NCBI GenBank assembly: GCA_021815445.1
Contig: JAKAGM010000002.1
Coordinates: 31,373-95,372, forward strand
Direction of reading: 5' to 3'
DNA from: a bacterium
GTDB lineage: Bacteria > Patescibacteriota > Patescibacteriia > UBA10025
DNA length: 64,000 nucleotides
Shown piece by piece: positions 19,394 to 29,433 of this stretch; position 1 is the stretch's first letter, and each line of letters starts with the position of its first letter. The position numbers and the translations under genes are program-made. The notes below the pieces were generated by a model. That model made no database searches and had not been told where the DNA came from. It was given only the letters and a program-made list of their open reading frames with translations.

Positions 19394-19729
19394 CTAGGCC
19401 AGTTTCATCCCGTTCGGCACCGGCTTGTCAGGGCGTGCAAGGACCACGTCACCATTTTCTAACACAAAACCAGTCGTTAAAACTTCTGAGATGAAACCGG
19501 CAATATTCTTAGGAGGAAAGTTTGTCACGCAGATTACCTGTGTTCCGATAAGTTTCTCAAGCGGGTAGAGCGTAGTAATTTGCGCGCTAGACTGTTTCAC
19601 ACCGATTTCGCCAAGGTCAATCCATAGTTTATATGCCGGTTTTCGCGCTTCGGGAAAAAACTCGGCACGAACGATTGTTCCCGCACGTATACCTACTTTT
19701 TCGAATTCTTCCCAGGTGATAGTTGGCAT
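19394..19729 (-). CDS. csaA: tRNA-binding protein CsaA (EMAP/Myf domain)
   Basis: [29 protein letters not shown]...[15 protein letters not shown] closely matches CsaA. Confidence 0.75.
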   Translation of the reverse strand: MPTITWEEFEKVGIRAGTIVRAEFFPEARKPAYKLWIDLGEIGVKQSSAQITTLYPLEKLIGTQVICVTNFPPKNIAGFISEVLTTGFVLENGDVVLARPDKPVPNGMKLA

Positions 19730-19781
19730 AGAGGTTGTAATATACCGTTTATAAGTTGATTAGGCGCCTGCGTCGATCAGC

Positions 19782-20618
19782 TTAGAATACGAGTAAAATA
19801 ATCCCCCCAGCTAGAACAGCAAATAGGAGTATTTTGACGAGAGTATTTTTTTCCTTAAAGTAGGCTTTGCCGGAGAGAACGGACCAGAACACCGCAGAAG
19901 AGCGTTTTGCCGCTATGATAACTGAAGCGGGAGCCAAACCGTAGGCAAAGCTTTCAATAACCGCATCAATACCTTGTGTTGATGTTTGGGCCATGTAAAT
20001 GCGCTTCTTTAAAAAAACAAACGGATTTTCTTTTGCGAAAATATACGCACCAATCGAGAAAACTATAGACAACATTCCACAAGTTATCAGCTGTTCTGCC
20101 ACTACGGAATTAAAATGGCTAATGTTGTATTTATATAGCGAGGTGGTTATTGCCGCATTTACTGTGCAAAAAATGGTATATCCTATCCCCCTTTTGTTTA
20201 TAGAGTGGCTGGTAAAAATGAAAAGCAGAGAAAAAATGATTACCCCGATGCCAATAAGCTGGGTCAAATGCAGTTTGTACCCCAAGGTAATATCAATAAT
20301 CAGTACCAAAACTATCGTGCCGGTGCGTATAAAACCGTAGGTGCTGCGATCAGATCGCACCACCGCCATCATTGAAGTATGCAATTGCAGGATTTCTAAA
20401 ACAGCTCTGACTAAAAAAGTTGGCAACGACTGAACTGAAAAGACGAAGCTATTTTCCTTCACTATGGCGATTACCAAAAAGAATAGTGAAGCTCCTAGCA
20501 CGCTCAAAAAACCCATAGTGAAAACACTCTCCTCTTGCATTGCAACCTTCCACTTTCCAATTGAGGAAGAAATTTCCTCAAAAAGCGTGGCTAACGAAGT
20601 GAGAAAAACGCCTAGCAT
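19782..20618 (-). CDS. Hypothetical polytopic membrane protein (about 9-10 TM, possibly DMT/EamA-like)
   Basis: Hydrophobic throughout. It lies between csaA and a csaA 5' remnant. Confidence 0.4.
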   Translation of the reverse strand: MLGVFLTSLATLFEEISSSIGKWKVAMQEESVFTMGFLSVLGASLFFLVIAIVKENSFVFSVQSLPTFLVRAVLEILQLHTSMMAVVRSDRSTYGFIRTGTIVLVLIIDITLGYKLHLTQLIGIGVIIFSLLFIFTSHSINKRGIGYTIFCTVNAAITTSLYKYNISHFNSVVAEQLITCGMLSIVFSIGAYIFAKENPFVFLKKRIYMAQTSTQGIDAVIESFAYGLAPASVIIAAKRSSAVFWSVLSGKAYFKEKNTLVKILLFAVLAGGIILLVF

Positions 20619-20622
20619 AGTT

Positions 20623-20723
20623 TACTCGGTTTCCGCGCCTTAGGAAAAAGTTCGGCGCGAACGATTGTTCCCGCGCGTATGCCGGATTTTTCAAATTTAT
20701 CCCGGGTGATTGTTGAAATATTC
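20623..20723 (-). pseudogene. Remnant of a second csaA 5' end (first ~30 codons only)
   Basis: About 80% nucleotide identity to 19640-19735. It would encode [28 protein letters not shown] and then stops. Confidence 0.5.
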
Positions 20724-20784
20724 ATGTGGTTATAAATTTTTGGTAAATATACTGCAATAGTGAGTTGATATTGTGGTGTTTGGC

Positions 20785-21549
20785 TTAGCGATCCGGTAGT
20801 TTATCCCAAAGCAACATAAAAAAGTACTGAAACATTTGTGCCATTAAACCATCCTCTATTAACGCTATTTTGACAGCTTGGTCTTTGGAAGCAAGCGCAA
20901 CGACATTCCCGAAAAGCAGTATTCCTGCATCGATAGTAAAGTTCTTTTCTAAAAAGCGAAACTGACGAAAATTGCCGATCTTTTCTCCAAATCTTTTCTT
21001 TTCCACTATTCTCCGGTCAGTAATGGCATATGAGGTTGTAGCTTGCTTAAGGCGGCGAAGCGTAAGTCGACGATATAACTCCTCCTCGCCCACAAGGGAT
21101 AGTAACATGTCGATGGAGCCGAACCAGTACATGTTTGTTTTGGTTTCAATGATCTTGTCGATCATCAAACGCACTCCCGCGATGCCTTCGTAGTAATGCA
21201 CTTGTGTGGTAGCATTTTTTTTCTTCATCATCGCCATTAACTGGGGGATAAGACTGGCGATTACTTTCTCCTGCTGAGAAAGTTTTTCACTTTCATCAGC
21301 AAGGTATTCTCGGAAAGCCTGTTGTGGCTGTTCTGCAACGATGTATTTTCTTTTGCCCTTGATTTTATAACCGAGGACGCCTTTTTCCTTTAATTTTTCC
21401 AGATAGAAATACACCGTGGCGCGTTTAATACCAGTAATCCTAGCCAGGCTTGCGGGAGTATTTGATTCTTTTTCTAGACAACTGAGATATATCGCTGATT
21501 CTTTGTCGTCAAAACCGAGTTTTTTCAATAGGTTTTCCATAAGTGCCAT
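20785..21549 (-). CDS. TrmB family transcriptional regulator
   Basis: N-terminal wHTH: LLKKLGFDDKESAIYLSCLEKESNTPASLARITGIKRATVYFYLEKLKEKGVL. Confidence 0.65.
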   Translation of the reverse strand: MALMENLLKKLGFDDKESAIYLSCLEKESNTPASLARITGIKRATVYFYLEKLKEKGVLGYKIKGKRKYIVAEQPQQAFREYLADESEKLSQQEKVIASLIPQLMAMMKKKNATTQVHYYEGIAGVRLMIDKIIETKTNMYWFGSIDMLLSLVGEEELYRRLTLRRLKQATTSYAITDRRIVEKKRFGEKIGNFRQFRFLEKNFTIDAGILLFGNVVALASKDQAVKIALIEDGLMAQMFQYFFMLLWDKLPDR

Positions 21550-21758
21550 TTTTATTCCAAAAAGTGACGATAGTCATTGACATCATCACTGTAGCAGAAT
21601 CGTCAATAAATGCAAGTATGCATCGACCTCTAGTTCTTTTTTTGTACTGTATTGTCAGTGATTCGTTGACGATAATCGTATGTTGGATGAACATATATAA
21701 ATACTAAATAAACCGTATATTCAAAACCGTTCTTTTCACTCGAAGAGGAGCTCACAAA

Positions 21759-22178
21759 ATGGAAAAAGTGAATCTGCAAGGTACACCCCGGCCACATTAT
21801 CTGCAAGAGGCAGAGATCGATGAAGGGGGGCACCATCTCGTGGGGGTAGTGCTTTTCCCAAGTGAAGACCCCAGTGTCGGTGATCGTCGGGATCACGTCA
21901 ACGTCAGTCATCACCTCTTTGCCGCTTGGAACGCCGCGCATTTTCTTGCCAGAAATTTGGTAGGGAGTGCAAGACTCTGGGCGAGGGAAGTGTCAGCCAA
22001 ACTTCACGAAGTCACACTGCCGGATGTGCCGATCAGGATTGAAGCCGATTTGACCATCGACCGAGAACGCGGTCCACGGAGATGGGGTCACTACCAAGTC
22101 AGCTTCTGGGACGAAAGTGGGCAGAAGCTGCTTGCAGAGCTCAACGTGCGATTCGTCGGAGAAATCATTCAACAGTGA
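21759..22178 (+). CDS. Hypothetical protein
   Basis: GAGGAG ribosome-binding site upstream and coding-like composition. No family recognised. Confidence 0.35.
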   Translation: MEKVNLQGTPRPHYLQEAEIDEGGHHLVGVVLFPSEDPSVGDRRDHVNVSHHLFAAWNAAHFLARNLVGSARLWAREVSAKLHEVTLPDVPIRIEADLTIDRERGPRRWGHYQVSFWDESGQKLLAELNVRFVGEIIQQ

Positions 22179-22217
22179 TTTTCCCGAGATTTCTTTCCGA
22201 ACTCCCAGCATCCTTTC

Positions 22218-22616
22218 TCAGGGGGCTGGGTTTTTCTTTATTTTTTGTATAAAATCCAACGCCAGCGAGTTTATGCAGTACCGTTTGCCCGTTGGTTTAG
22301 GACCGTCGTCGAAAACATGGCCAAGGTGCGCACCGCAGTTGGAACACACCACCTCAAGGCGTTGCACGCCGAGTGAGTTGTCTGCCTCTGTTTTTACATT
22401 TGCCTTTACCGCAGGATCCCAGAATGACGGCCAACCCGTGCCTGAATCGAACTTTGTGTCGGATTTGAAAAGTTCCTGTCCGCAGTTGACGCACACGTAC
22501 ATGCCCTTCGCTTTGTTATGAAGCCACTTTCCGGAGCCGGGAGGTTCTGTCCCTTTGAGAAAGCAAACGTTGTACTGTTCCGGAGTGAGATGAGTTTGAT
22601 TTTTATCTTGCGGCAT
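22218..22616 (-). CDS. msrB: Peptide-methionine (R)-S-oxide reductase
   Basis: CVNCGQELFKSDTKFDSGTGWPSF...CSNCGAHLGHVFDDGP is the SelR/MsrB signature with a Zn-binding CxxC pair. Confidence 0.85.
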   Translation of the reverse strand: MPQDKNQTHLTPEQYNVCFLKGTEPPGSGKWLHNKAKGMYVCVNCGQELFKSDTKFDSGTGWPSFWDPAVKANVKTEADNSLGVQRLEVVCSNCGAHLGHVFDDGPKPTGKRYCINSLALDFIQKIKKNPAP

Positions 22617-22619
22617 ACA

Positions 22620-23102
22620 TCATGAATGAAATAGTTTAATGCACTCTTTGCGCATGAAGCCTTTCACAAGAAACGGCCGGGGGGTTCCTTTTGAGACAAT
22701 ATACGAGCAGGGGACGTTAATTGTGCGCCATGACCAACTCTTGTTCCCGTGAGTTTGTTGGTATGTTTTCATATCCTGCATTGTTGAGCCGTATACAATG
22801 CCTTTCACCTTCGACCATACTGCCGCCGAGGCGCACATAGGACACGGTTCAGCGGTAGAATATAAGATGCAATCGCCAAGATACCGCCTTTTCAGTTTTT
22901 TTGACGCTTGCTGGAGGACGAGTACCTCCGCGTGCTGGGTTGAATCATGGCGAATCCGCACCCTGTTGCCTGCTACAGCGATTATCTTCCCGCTTTTCAC
23001 TAATACCGCCCCGACGGCGTAATCGTTCTTATCGTATGCGGAACGTGCGGCGGCTATAGCTTTCTGCATGAACTTTTCTTTGGGTGTATACATAAGGTTC
23101 AT
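22620..23102 (-). CDS. Nucleoside deaminase (CDA/TadA-like zinc deaminase)
   Basis: HAEVLVL...PCPMCASA zinc-binding motifs. Confidence 0.7.
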   Translation of the reverse strand: MNLMYTPKEKFMQKAIAAARSAYDKNDYAVGAVLVKSGKIIAVAGNRVRIRHDSTQHAEVLVLQQASKKLKRRYLGDCILYSTAEPCPMCASAAVWSKVKGIVYGSTMQDMKTYQQTHGNKSWSWRTINVPCSYIVSKGTPRPFLVKGFMRKECIKLFHS

Positions 23103-23180
23103 GGGCCTAGTATACCTGATTTTTCTCTATTCAAAAATGACGGCATTTAACCGGCATACTCGGGGGGTATTTGTTACGTC

Positions 23181-23202
23181 GCGCGGGCAGAGCCGCCCGC
23201 GC
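23181..23202. repeat. GC palindrome GCGCGGGC-agagcc-GCCCGCGC just after the stop of the hydrolase gene
   Basis: Perfect 8-bp inverted repeat. Related to cgcgggcacggcggcccgggcgcg at 3380. Confidence 0.45.
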
Positions 23203-23213
23203 CGTGAGTTTGA

Positions 23214-24452
23214 TTATTTTTTCTCGGTCTCCCGCTTCGCCATATCTTTCAACACTTTCCCGACTCGACCCGTATAATCACGCGGTCGCTGGTAAATTTC
23301 ATCGTGTTTCATTGGCAGGATTTCTGTCCGGACATTAGGATTATCTCGTAGAGCCTCTTTTGCCTTACTCATCTGTTCTTTGGGAAAAAGCCCATCCTCA
23401 CTTCCGTAGACGATATACATATTTGTATCTGCGTCTATGTCCTTTAGGGTTTGCAGCATGCCCCCCTTTGCGATGGTAAGAGCTTCCCAGAGCACCAGGC
23501 GCAGCCCTTCTCTATACCTTCCTCGTGCAGTGTTTGCGCCGGAGTCTTGTATAATATCCTTTGTTACAGCACGGTACATGTCCGTCTCTTGTTGAGTCGC
23601 ATCCTGCAAGCTAAATTCGCCTTGTCCGCCAGCTTCTTCCCAGGCTTGTTGCAACGACTTCCCAAATGTCTCTTGGTAATCCCTTTCCATCTCAGCCATT
23701 TCTTGGTCGGTAAGAGGCTTGCGCCGCTTTGTAGCAATTTTACTCCCCAACGTTTCAGGAAAATACCGTCTTGCCAGTTGAAAGACATTTTCTTCATTAA
23801 CGCCGCCGGGATGTAGAAGGACCAGGTCTTTGACTTTCTCAGGATGCGCTTTGGCCATCTCTGCCGCAATAATTGAGCCCATTGAAGACGAAACAACGCT
23901 AAGCTCCTCTGTTGTAAGGTTGTTTCCCGACTGCGCTTCGTTAGCGCGGATAGCATCAACGGCGCGACTCAGCGATTCAGCAAACGGGGCGAACGAGCGT
24001 TCCTTCCGTGAAAACTTCATCCACTCCTTCGGCGCGGAATCCGACTTGCCCGTTGACGGCTGGGACATGACGATGACACGTTTTTTTTCTCGGAGCGCCA
24101 GCAGTTTCGCAAACGCATCCGGACTGCGTAATGATGAACCGTAGCCGGGGATATGCACGACTGTATGTTCATTGTTTTTGACCGCTTCAGCCTTTTCCTG
24201 GTCAGTTCGTACATCCAATACAACATATTCGATTTTCATATGCTGATTCTCGAATTCTGGGGTGGAGATCTCTACAAACTGCGGGCTCGCAAACTGCTTG
24301 TCCAGCTCAACTAATTTCCCCTGCTCTTCGGGTGAGAGCTCGCCGTACTCCATGGCAGGTTTCCCTCGCTGCGGTTTCTGTTCCGGGGTATCTTGCCGAG
24401 CCGGTGCATCGGGCGCTGTGAATTGGGCTTGTTCTGGAGATAGTTGTTCCAT
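23214..24452 (-). CDS. Alpha/beta hydrolase fold protein with a disordered N-terminal region
   Basis: Nucleophile-elbow-like SSSMGS and an HPGG segment. N-terminal ~60 aa are low-complexity. Confidence 0.45.
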   Translation of the reverse strand: MEQLSPEQAQFTAPDAPARQDTPEQKPQRGKPAMEYGELSPEEQGKLVELDKQFASPQFVEISTPEFENQHMKIEYVVLDVRTDQEKAEAVKNNEHTVVHIPGYGSSLRSPDAFAKLLALREKKRVIVMSQPSTGKSDSAPKEWMKFSRKERSFAPFAESLSRAVDAIRANEAQSGNNLTTEELSVVSSSMGSIIAAEMAKAHPEKVKDLVLLHPGGVNEENVFQLARRYFPETLGSKIATKRRKPLTDQEMAEMERDYQETFGKSLQQAWEEAGGQGEFSLQDATQQETDMYRAVTKDIIQDSGANTARGRYREGLRLVLWEALTIAKGGMLQTLKDIDADTNMYIVYGSEDGLFPKEQMSKAKEALRDNPNVRTEILPMKHDEIYQRPRDYTGRVGKVLKDMAKRETEKK

Positions 24453-24540
24453 AATTTCCTGGATGATAATAACGTACTACGTTACTCAATTGTAGCGTGT
24501 TTGTCAATTGTTGTCGCGCGGTTGGAATGTTTACGCGGGC

Positions 24541-24684
24541 CGAATTTTAGTACACGCACCCAGACCCGCCCGCCGCACGGCTACGCTGCACGAAGCGTTT
24601 CGCGTAGTGAAGCTTCGACAGGCGGGGCCGGGTGCGCCTCGAGGTGAGTTTACCTCATCGCGCAGGCAGGGACGCCTGCGCTTG
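24541..24684. repeat. GC-rich intergenic repeat island: composite of a cagacc-gcccgccgc module and a GCGCAGGC-agggac-GCCTGCGC hairpin
   Basis: cacccagacccgcccgccgcacggct...caggcggggcc parallels 2385-2425 (gcagacctgcccgccgcgtggct...caggcgggga). The hairpin at 24660-24681 matches the 3341 prototype. Confidence 0.5.
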
Positions 24685-24687
24685 CGG

Positions 24688-25347
24688 TTACTTTACCGGA
24701 TATCGTATGACTGTCTTCAGTTTACTCGGCGCAACTCTCCGCGGGTCACCCAGGTAGATTTCGTGGTGGTGTCCGGCGATTTTGTACCCTTTTTCCTTGA
24801 TAAAGGCCTTGAGTTTCTCGATATTGGGTCTTTCTTTATCATACGGGCCGATGTGCATTATCTGTGCTGATAGTCCCTCGGTAAAAGTCTTTAAGACGAT
24901 ATTTCTAAGTTTCGAGCTGGGTTTTTCATGTCCGCCAGAGGCGGATCCGCCTTTGGCGGATTTTTTTGCCGCACGTTCTTTTATCAATTTGATGGCGTCG
25001 GTGATGTGTTTCTGTGTAATGTGGTTCGGTTGAGCGATCATGAGGCGCCAGAGCCACTCCCCAGGTTTCTTCTGATCAAACGGTTTATTTCCCTTCATCC
25101 ACCACAAGCCGTCAAGCGGGGGTATGGTGTACTCGGGACCTTTTTTTGCAAACTTCAAGGTAAATTTTACCGTGTACGCAATACTATAGAGCGCCTGGAT
25201 CGCCTGTTTAAAATCGGGATTTTTTCCGGGGTTACCTCCTTTGCCGTCTACCATGAGGTAGTTCATTTTTGGAACCTTCACCAGTACCGGCGTGGTGGGC
25301 GGGAGGTAGAGCTGTTTAAAGTCCTTTTTGTAGTCGATTTTTTTCAT
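24688..25347 (-). CDS. GyrI-like small-molecule-binding domain protein
   Basis: Typical GyrI-like architecture (MKKIDYKKDFKQLY..., ...IYLGDPRRV) with a C-terminal HHHEIY motif. Confidence 0.55.
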   Translation of the reverse strand: MKKIDYKKDFKQLYLPPTTPVLVKVPKMNYLMVDGKGGNPGKNPDFKQAIQALYSIAYTVKFTLKFAKKGPEYTIPPLDGLWWMKGNKPFDQKKPGEWLWRLMIAQPNHITQKHITDAIKLIKERAAKKSAKGGSASGGHEKPSSKLRNIVLKTFTEGLSAQIMHIGPYDKERPNIEKLKAFIKEKGYKIAGHHHEIYLGDPRRVAPSKLKTVIRYPVK

Positions 25348-25359
25348 TAAAGCGGGGAG

Positions 25360-26421
25360 TTATCTTGTTGTAAGCGGTTTTACCTTATAGAGCATTAGGT
25401 ATGTTCCATTAGCGAGTTTTACCACCGAGGGATCTGCCGTCACATCTCCTTGGTCACGATCTACAAATCGTTTGCCCGCAGAGGTAAAAGTAAGGCCGTC
25501 GGTTGACGTGGCAATGTCGATACCCGCCGTGTAGAGATACCATGTGCCGTTTTCATACCATACATCCGGCACGGCGCCGCCCTGGAATGCCGTCCCACGC
25601 TCGGTGAACGTCAATCCGTCCGTTGATGTCGCGACGATGACCTTATTGCCATTAATGTCGCCGACGTAAAGATACCAGGTATCTCCCACTTTTACCGCAT
25701 CCGGATCAAAAATGCCTTGCCGTTCAAACCGGACGCCGCTTTCCTGAGTAAAGTTAACGCCGTCGTTCGAGATGGCCGAATAAATCTTGTTGGTCGGTTC
25801 GGATCCGCTCGCTGACGCATTCAAGCGCACTTCATTGATATCATAATAGAAAAGGCGTATGCGTCCGTCATCCAAAAGCAACGGCGCCGGGTCTGCTGTT
25901 GCCTTATCGCCGAGCCCCGTAATAGTGAGGGTTGCCGGTGCTGTCCAGGTCTTTCCCTGATCGGCGGATTTTATCATTCCCAGCTGTTCTTTCACGCCAT
26001 CCGTTGATACATCCACGAAGTAGACAAAGATAGCCCCGTCTTTGACTACTGCCCCGGGCACTGAGGCATGGGAGGCCAGTATTTTTCCTGACGGTGTCCA
26101 GTTGAGCAGGTCGGTACTTGTCGCGAATGTGATCTTGTCATTATACGGGCCTTGATTCATCGTGGACCAATTATACTGGCTGGGGTCTGCTTCTTTTACA
26201 GTTACGGTATTGGCATTTGTTTTTTGCCCGCCGCAGGGCGCTGTCGGCTGTACCGCGGACGGATTACCGTGTTTTACCCACCGGCCGTTTTCACATAACC
26301 ACGTGTCTTCATTGCCGCCGATGACAAATCGGAGCACAAACCAGGCGCCTGCCCCCAGCACTATGACTATTATTATTGCAGTCAACGCTTTTTTCATAAT
26401 ATTCCTATAAATATTTAACAA
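25360..26421 (-). CDS. Secreted BNR/Asp-box repeat beta-propeller protein (glycosidase-like)
   Basis: N-terminal TM or signal peptide. Repeated S-x-D-G-x-T-F/W Asp-boxes (STDLLNW, SADQGKTW, SNDGVNF, STDGLTF x2) and WYLY motifs. Confidence 0.55.
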   Translation of the reverse strand: MLNIYRNIMKKALTAIIIVIVLGAGAWFVLRFVIGGNEDTWLCENGRWVKHGNPSAVQPTAPCGGQKTNANTVTVKEADPSQYNWSTMNQGPYNDKITFATSTDLLNWTPSGKILASHASVPGAVVKDGAIFVYFVDVSTDGVKEQLGMIKSADQGKTWTAPATLTITGLGDKATADPAPLLLDDGRIRLFYYDINEVRLNASASGSEPTNKIYSAISNDGVNFTQESGVRFERQGIFDPDAVKVGDTWYLYVGDINGNKVIVATSTDGLTFTERGTAFQGGAVPDVWYENGTWYLYTAGIDIATSTDGLTFTSAGKRFVDRDQGDVTADPSVVKLANGTYLMLYKVKPLTTR

Positions 26422-26746
26422 ACATATTATGCTTATCTACCAGGATATTTTTCGGCGTTATGGGCCGGTCGGTAATTTCAAAGCCCATAATAATAACCTC
26501 CTCACCTGTTTTAATCAGGCGGGCGGAGGCGCCGTTCATGCAGATTATGCCGGAATTTTTTTCTCCGCCGATGACATATGTTTCAAGCCGGGCGCCGGTG
26601 GTGTTGCTGACGACTAAGACCTTTTCTCCCGGCCAAAAGGAGGCTTTATCGATTAAGTCCTGATCAATGGTTATACTGCCGATATATTCCAGATTGGCCT
26701 CGGTTACCGTTGCCTTGTGGATTTTTGAACGCAGAACGGAACGCAT
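26405..26746 (-). CDS. panD: Aspartate 1-decarboxylase
   Basis: MRSVLRSKIHKATVTEANLEYIGSITID is the PanD N-terminus, including the pyruvoyl-forming Gly-Ser site. Confidence 0.85.
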   Translation of the reverse strand: MRSVLRSKIHKATVTEANLEYIGSITIDQDLIDKASFWPGEKVLVVSNTTGARLETYVIGGEKNSGIICMNGASARLIKTGEEVIIMGFEITDRPITPKNILVDKHNMFVKYL

Positions 26747-26830
26747 AGGGGTATGGTTATTGTATCACCGTATACGATTTTTTATAAATGCCAGTTCTTG
26801 CTTCGCGTTGAAAATAGATTGCGCGGCCCT

Positions 26831-26859
26831 TGACACGTTGACGCTTTTGTACTATTATT
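26831..26859 (+). promoter_or_regulatory. Near-consensus sigma70 promoter TTGACA-N17-TATTAT
   Basis: ttgacacgttgacgcttttgtactattat, upstream of the small membrane ORF and fabF. Confidence 0.45.
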
Positions 26860-26916
26860 CCCGATTAACTGGCGGGAAAACAAAATGTCACCGCACACTC
26901 ACAGGAGGGGTTTACG

Positions 26917-27111
26917 ATGTCTCAAAAGCGTTCTCGCAACCGTCATGAACAGCCAAAGCCGGCGCCGAAGCCGATGTGGAAAGTCACGCTGACGATGGCG
27001 ATTGTCGCCCTCGTTGTGGTTCTCATCATCCGTTATGCGATTCGGGAGCGCACAGCAGAGGCGCGCGGGACCCAGGGTTCCGTTGCCGCCGCGTCGGAAG
27101 CGTTCGTCTGA
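26917..27111 (+). CDS. Small membrane protein (64 aa, one TM)
   Basis: GGAGGGG site 7 nt upstream. KVTLTMAIVALVVVLII is a TM helix. Confidence 0.4.
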   Translation: MSQKRSRNRHEQPKPAPKPMWKVTLTMAIVALVVVLIIRYAIRERTAEARGTQGSVAAASEAFV

Positions 27112-27337
27112 TCTACGGCTCGCGCCGAGATCATCATGCCCCGAGATCATCTCAACGGGCTCTTTTTTATCAAAAGATCACGGGTGATATATCGCCCAGC
27201 GCAGCTTGTGCTTAATAAAAATGCTTTTTTTGCAATATATCTGCTTGACAATTCACATTGACGCATGTTAACACACACTAATGACTGTATAACAGAACTA
27301 GACGTAAACGATGTTCATTGATAAGGAGAAGTCAGAG

Positions 27338-28621
27338 ATGTCGAAAAGACGAGTCGTTATTACCGGCTTGGGTGCGGTCACCCCACTCGGGAACAATGTT
27401 CAGGAATTGTGGGCCAACTTGCTGCAGGGCAAAAACGGCGTCGGCCCGATTACCCGTTTCGACGCCGGCGCCTTTACCACCCGAATCGCCGCCGAGGTCA
27501 AAGACTTTGACCCGATGCCGTGGCTGGACGCCAAGGAAGCCTCGCGGATGGATCGCTGCACGCAGTTTGGCATCGTGGCAGCGGAACAAGCACTCCAGGA
27601 CGCTGGGGTGAAGCCAAGGGTTCAACCTGGAGAGCAAGGCAATGCTGACGCTGAGGTCATACTAGACCGCGCTCGCGTCGGGGTCATTATCGGCTCGGGT
27701 ATTGGCGGGCTGGAAACGACTGCAGCCAACTGCCAAACTCTGTTCACGCGCGGACCTCACAATGTCAGTCCGCTCATGATTCCCCGGATGATCCCGAACA
27801 TCACCTCGGGCATCGTTGCCATACGGTACGGCTTCCGCGGGCCCAACTACTGTACCGTGTCTGCCTGCGCATCGGCGAACCATAGTATAATCGGCGCAGT
27901 CCACTCCATCGTGCTGAGTGAAGCGGACATGGTCATCACTGGAGGAACGGAAGCGGCCATCATCCCCCTGGGCGTGGCCGGATTCGCCAAAATGCGGGCG
28001 CTTTCAAGGCGAAACGATGAGCCGGCACGCGCTTCTCGGCCCTTTGACCGCGAACGGGATGGATTCATTATGGGTGAAGGGGCGGGCATCCTCGTCCTGG
28101 AAGAACTGGAGCATGCCCTGGCCCGGAAAGCGAACATTTACGCCGAGGTGCTGGGAGTAGGCATGTCCGCCGATGCCTATGACCTTACCGCGCCCGACCC
28201 CGATGGAGTCGGCGCCTGGCTCGCGATGATTCGGGCACTCAACAGCGGCGATATCTCTTTGGAGGAAGTGGACTACATCAACGCCCACGGCACTTCCACC
28301 TCGCTCAACGATCCGATCGAAACCAGGGCCATCAAACGACTCTTCGGTGCGCGGGCCCACGATATTCCTGTGTCCTCCACCAAGTCGATGATCGGGCATT
28401 TGCTCGGCGCCGCCGGAGGGGTCGAACTCATTGCCACCGCTCTGTCAGTGGCTCAAGGCATGATTCATCCGACGCGGAACTATGAGTTCCCGGACGATGA
28501 CTGCGACCTGGACTATGTGCCTGAGGGGGCCAGGCAGCATCCGATCCGCGTCGCCCTGTCAAACGCCTTTGGCTTCGGCGGGCACAATGCCACCATCGCC
28601 GTCGGTGCATACCGACAGTAA
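27338..28621 (+). CDS. fabF: Beta-ketoacyl-ACP synthase II
   Basis: RRVVITGLGAVTPLG, active-site Cys in TVSACASANHS, NAHGTST and GHLLGAAG. AAGGAG ribosome-binding site. Confidence 0.85.
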   Translation: MSKRRVVITGLGAVTPLGNNVQELWANLLQGKNGVGPITRFDAGAFTTRIAAEVKDFDPMPWLDAKEASRMDRCTQFGIVAAEQALQDAGVKPRVQPGEQGNADAEVILDRARVGVIIGSGIGGLETTAANCQTLFTRGPHNVSPLMIPRMIPNITSGIVAIRYGFRGPNYCTVSACASANHSIIGAVHSIVLSEADMVITGGTEAAIIPLGVAGFAKMRALSRRNDEPARASRPFDRERDGFIMGEGAGILVLEELEHALARKANIYAEVLGVGMSADAYDLTAPDPDGVGAWLAMIRALNSGDISLEEVDYINAHGTSTSLNDPIETRAIKRLFGARAHDIPVSSTKSMIGHLLGAAGGVELIATALSVAQGMIHPTRNYEFPDDDCDLDYVPEGARQHPIRVALSNAFGFGGHNATIAVGAYRQ

Positions 28622-28754
28622 CTCAACCCTTGTACATTCGTTTCTGCACCTCAGCGCTTATCTGCTGGGGTTTTTCTTTATGATATGTGCACCTTAACCT
28701 TCGATTAACTCAAGATCATCGAGAAAAGGTGTGCTCGGAGGTTTAATGCAGGTC

Positions 28755-28776
28755 GCGCAGGCATTGGAGCCTGCGC
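28755..28776. repeat. Palindromic repeat GCGCAGGC-attggag-CCTGCGC
   Basis: Member of the hairpin family. Confidence 0.5.
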
Positions 28777-28787
28777 TAGGGGGTTGT

Positions 28788-29423
28788 CTACATTGCCTCG
28801 ATCGCAGGGATAATATCGGACGGAGTATTTACTTTGATCTGTTGTCTAAAATTCGGAATACTTGTTGAATCATACCCCCATCCATATCCAACAAGCAGCA
28901 CTTTTTCTATTCCGGCTTTTTCCGCGTCGATAAAGTCGTTTGGCCTGTCTCCGACCATGACTATTTCATCTTTGCGCAGCTTTTCACTCTCAATAAGTTC
29001 AAGTAATTTTGCCGGTTTGCTCATGGGGCCGATATCACCGCCGATTATTTTTTTGAAGTGGGCAGAGAGTCCGAAGCCATTCAGCTTGTTTTGCACATCG
29101 CTATGTGGGCTCGAGGAGATCACGTATAGCGCATATTTTTTTGACAGCGTGATAATGACCTCCCGAACCCCAGTATAAAGCGGCGGTTGGAAAGTTCTAA
29201 TAAGACTATTGTACAGCACGTCTGCCTTATCTATATCCTCTTTGCTAAATTGCAGATTCCTCAGCATTTTGCGGGAATTAAGCCCGTATATTTTCTTAAA
29301 CTCACTAAAGTCCTCGGGGCATTCTTTACCCAGTTGTTTGCATATTTCACGGTATACCCTATGGACGATCGGGAAGGAGTCCACGATAACCCCGTCGTAG
29401 TCAAAGAAGATGGCTTTAATCAT
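28788..29423 (-). CDS. HAD-IA family hydrolase
   Basis: MIKAIFFDYDGVIVDS (DxD nucleophile motif) and the ~210-aa length. Confidence 0.7.
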   Translation of the reverse strand: MIKAIFFDYDGVIVDSFPIVHRVYREICKQLGKECPEDFSEFKKIYGLNSRKMLRNLQFSKEDIDKADVLYNSLIRTFQPPLYTGVREVIITLSKKYALYVISSSPHSDVQNKLNGFGLSAHFKKIIGGDIGPMSKPAKLLELIESEKLRKDEIVMVGDRPNDFIDAEKAGIEKVLLVGYGWGYDSTSIPNFRQQIKVNTPSDIIPAIEAM

Positions 29424-29433
29424 GTTTATCGAG

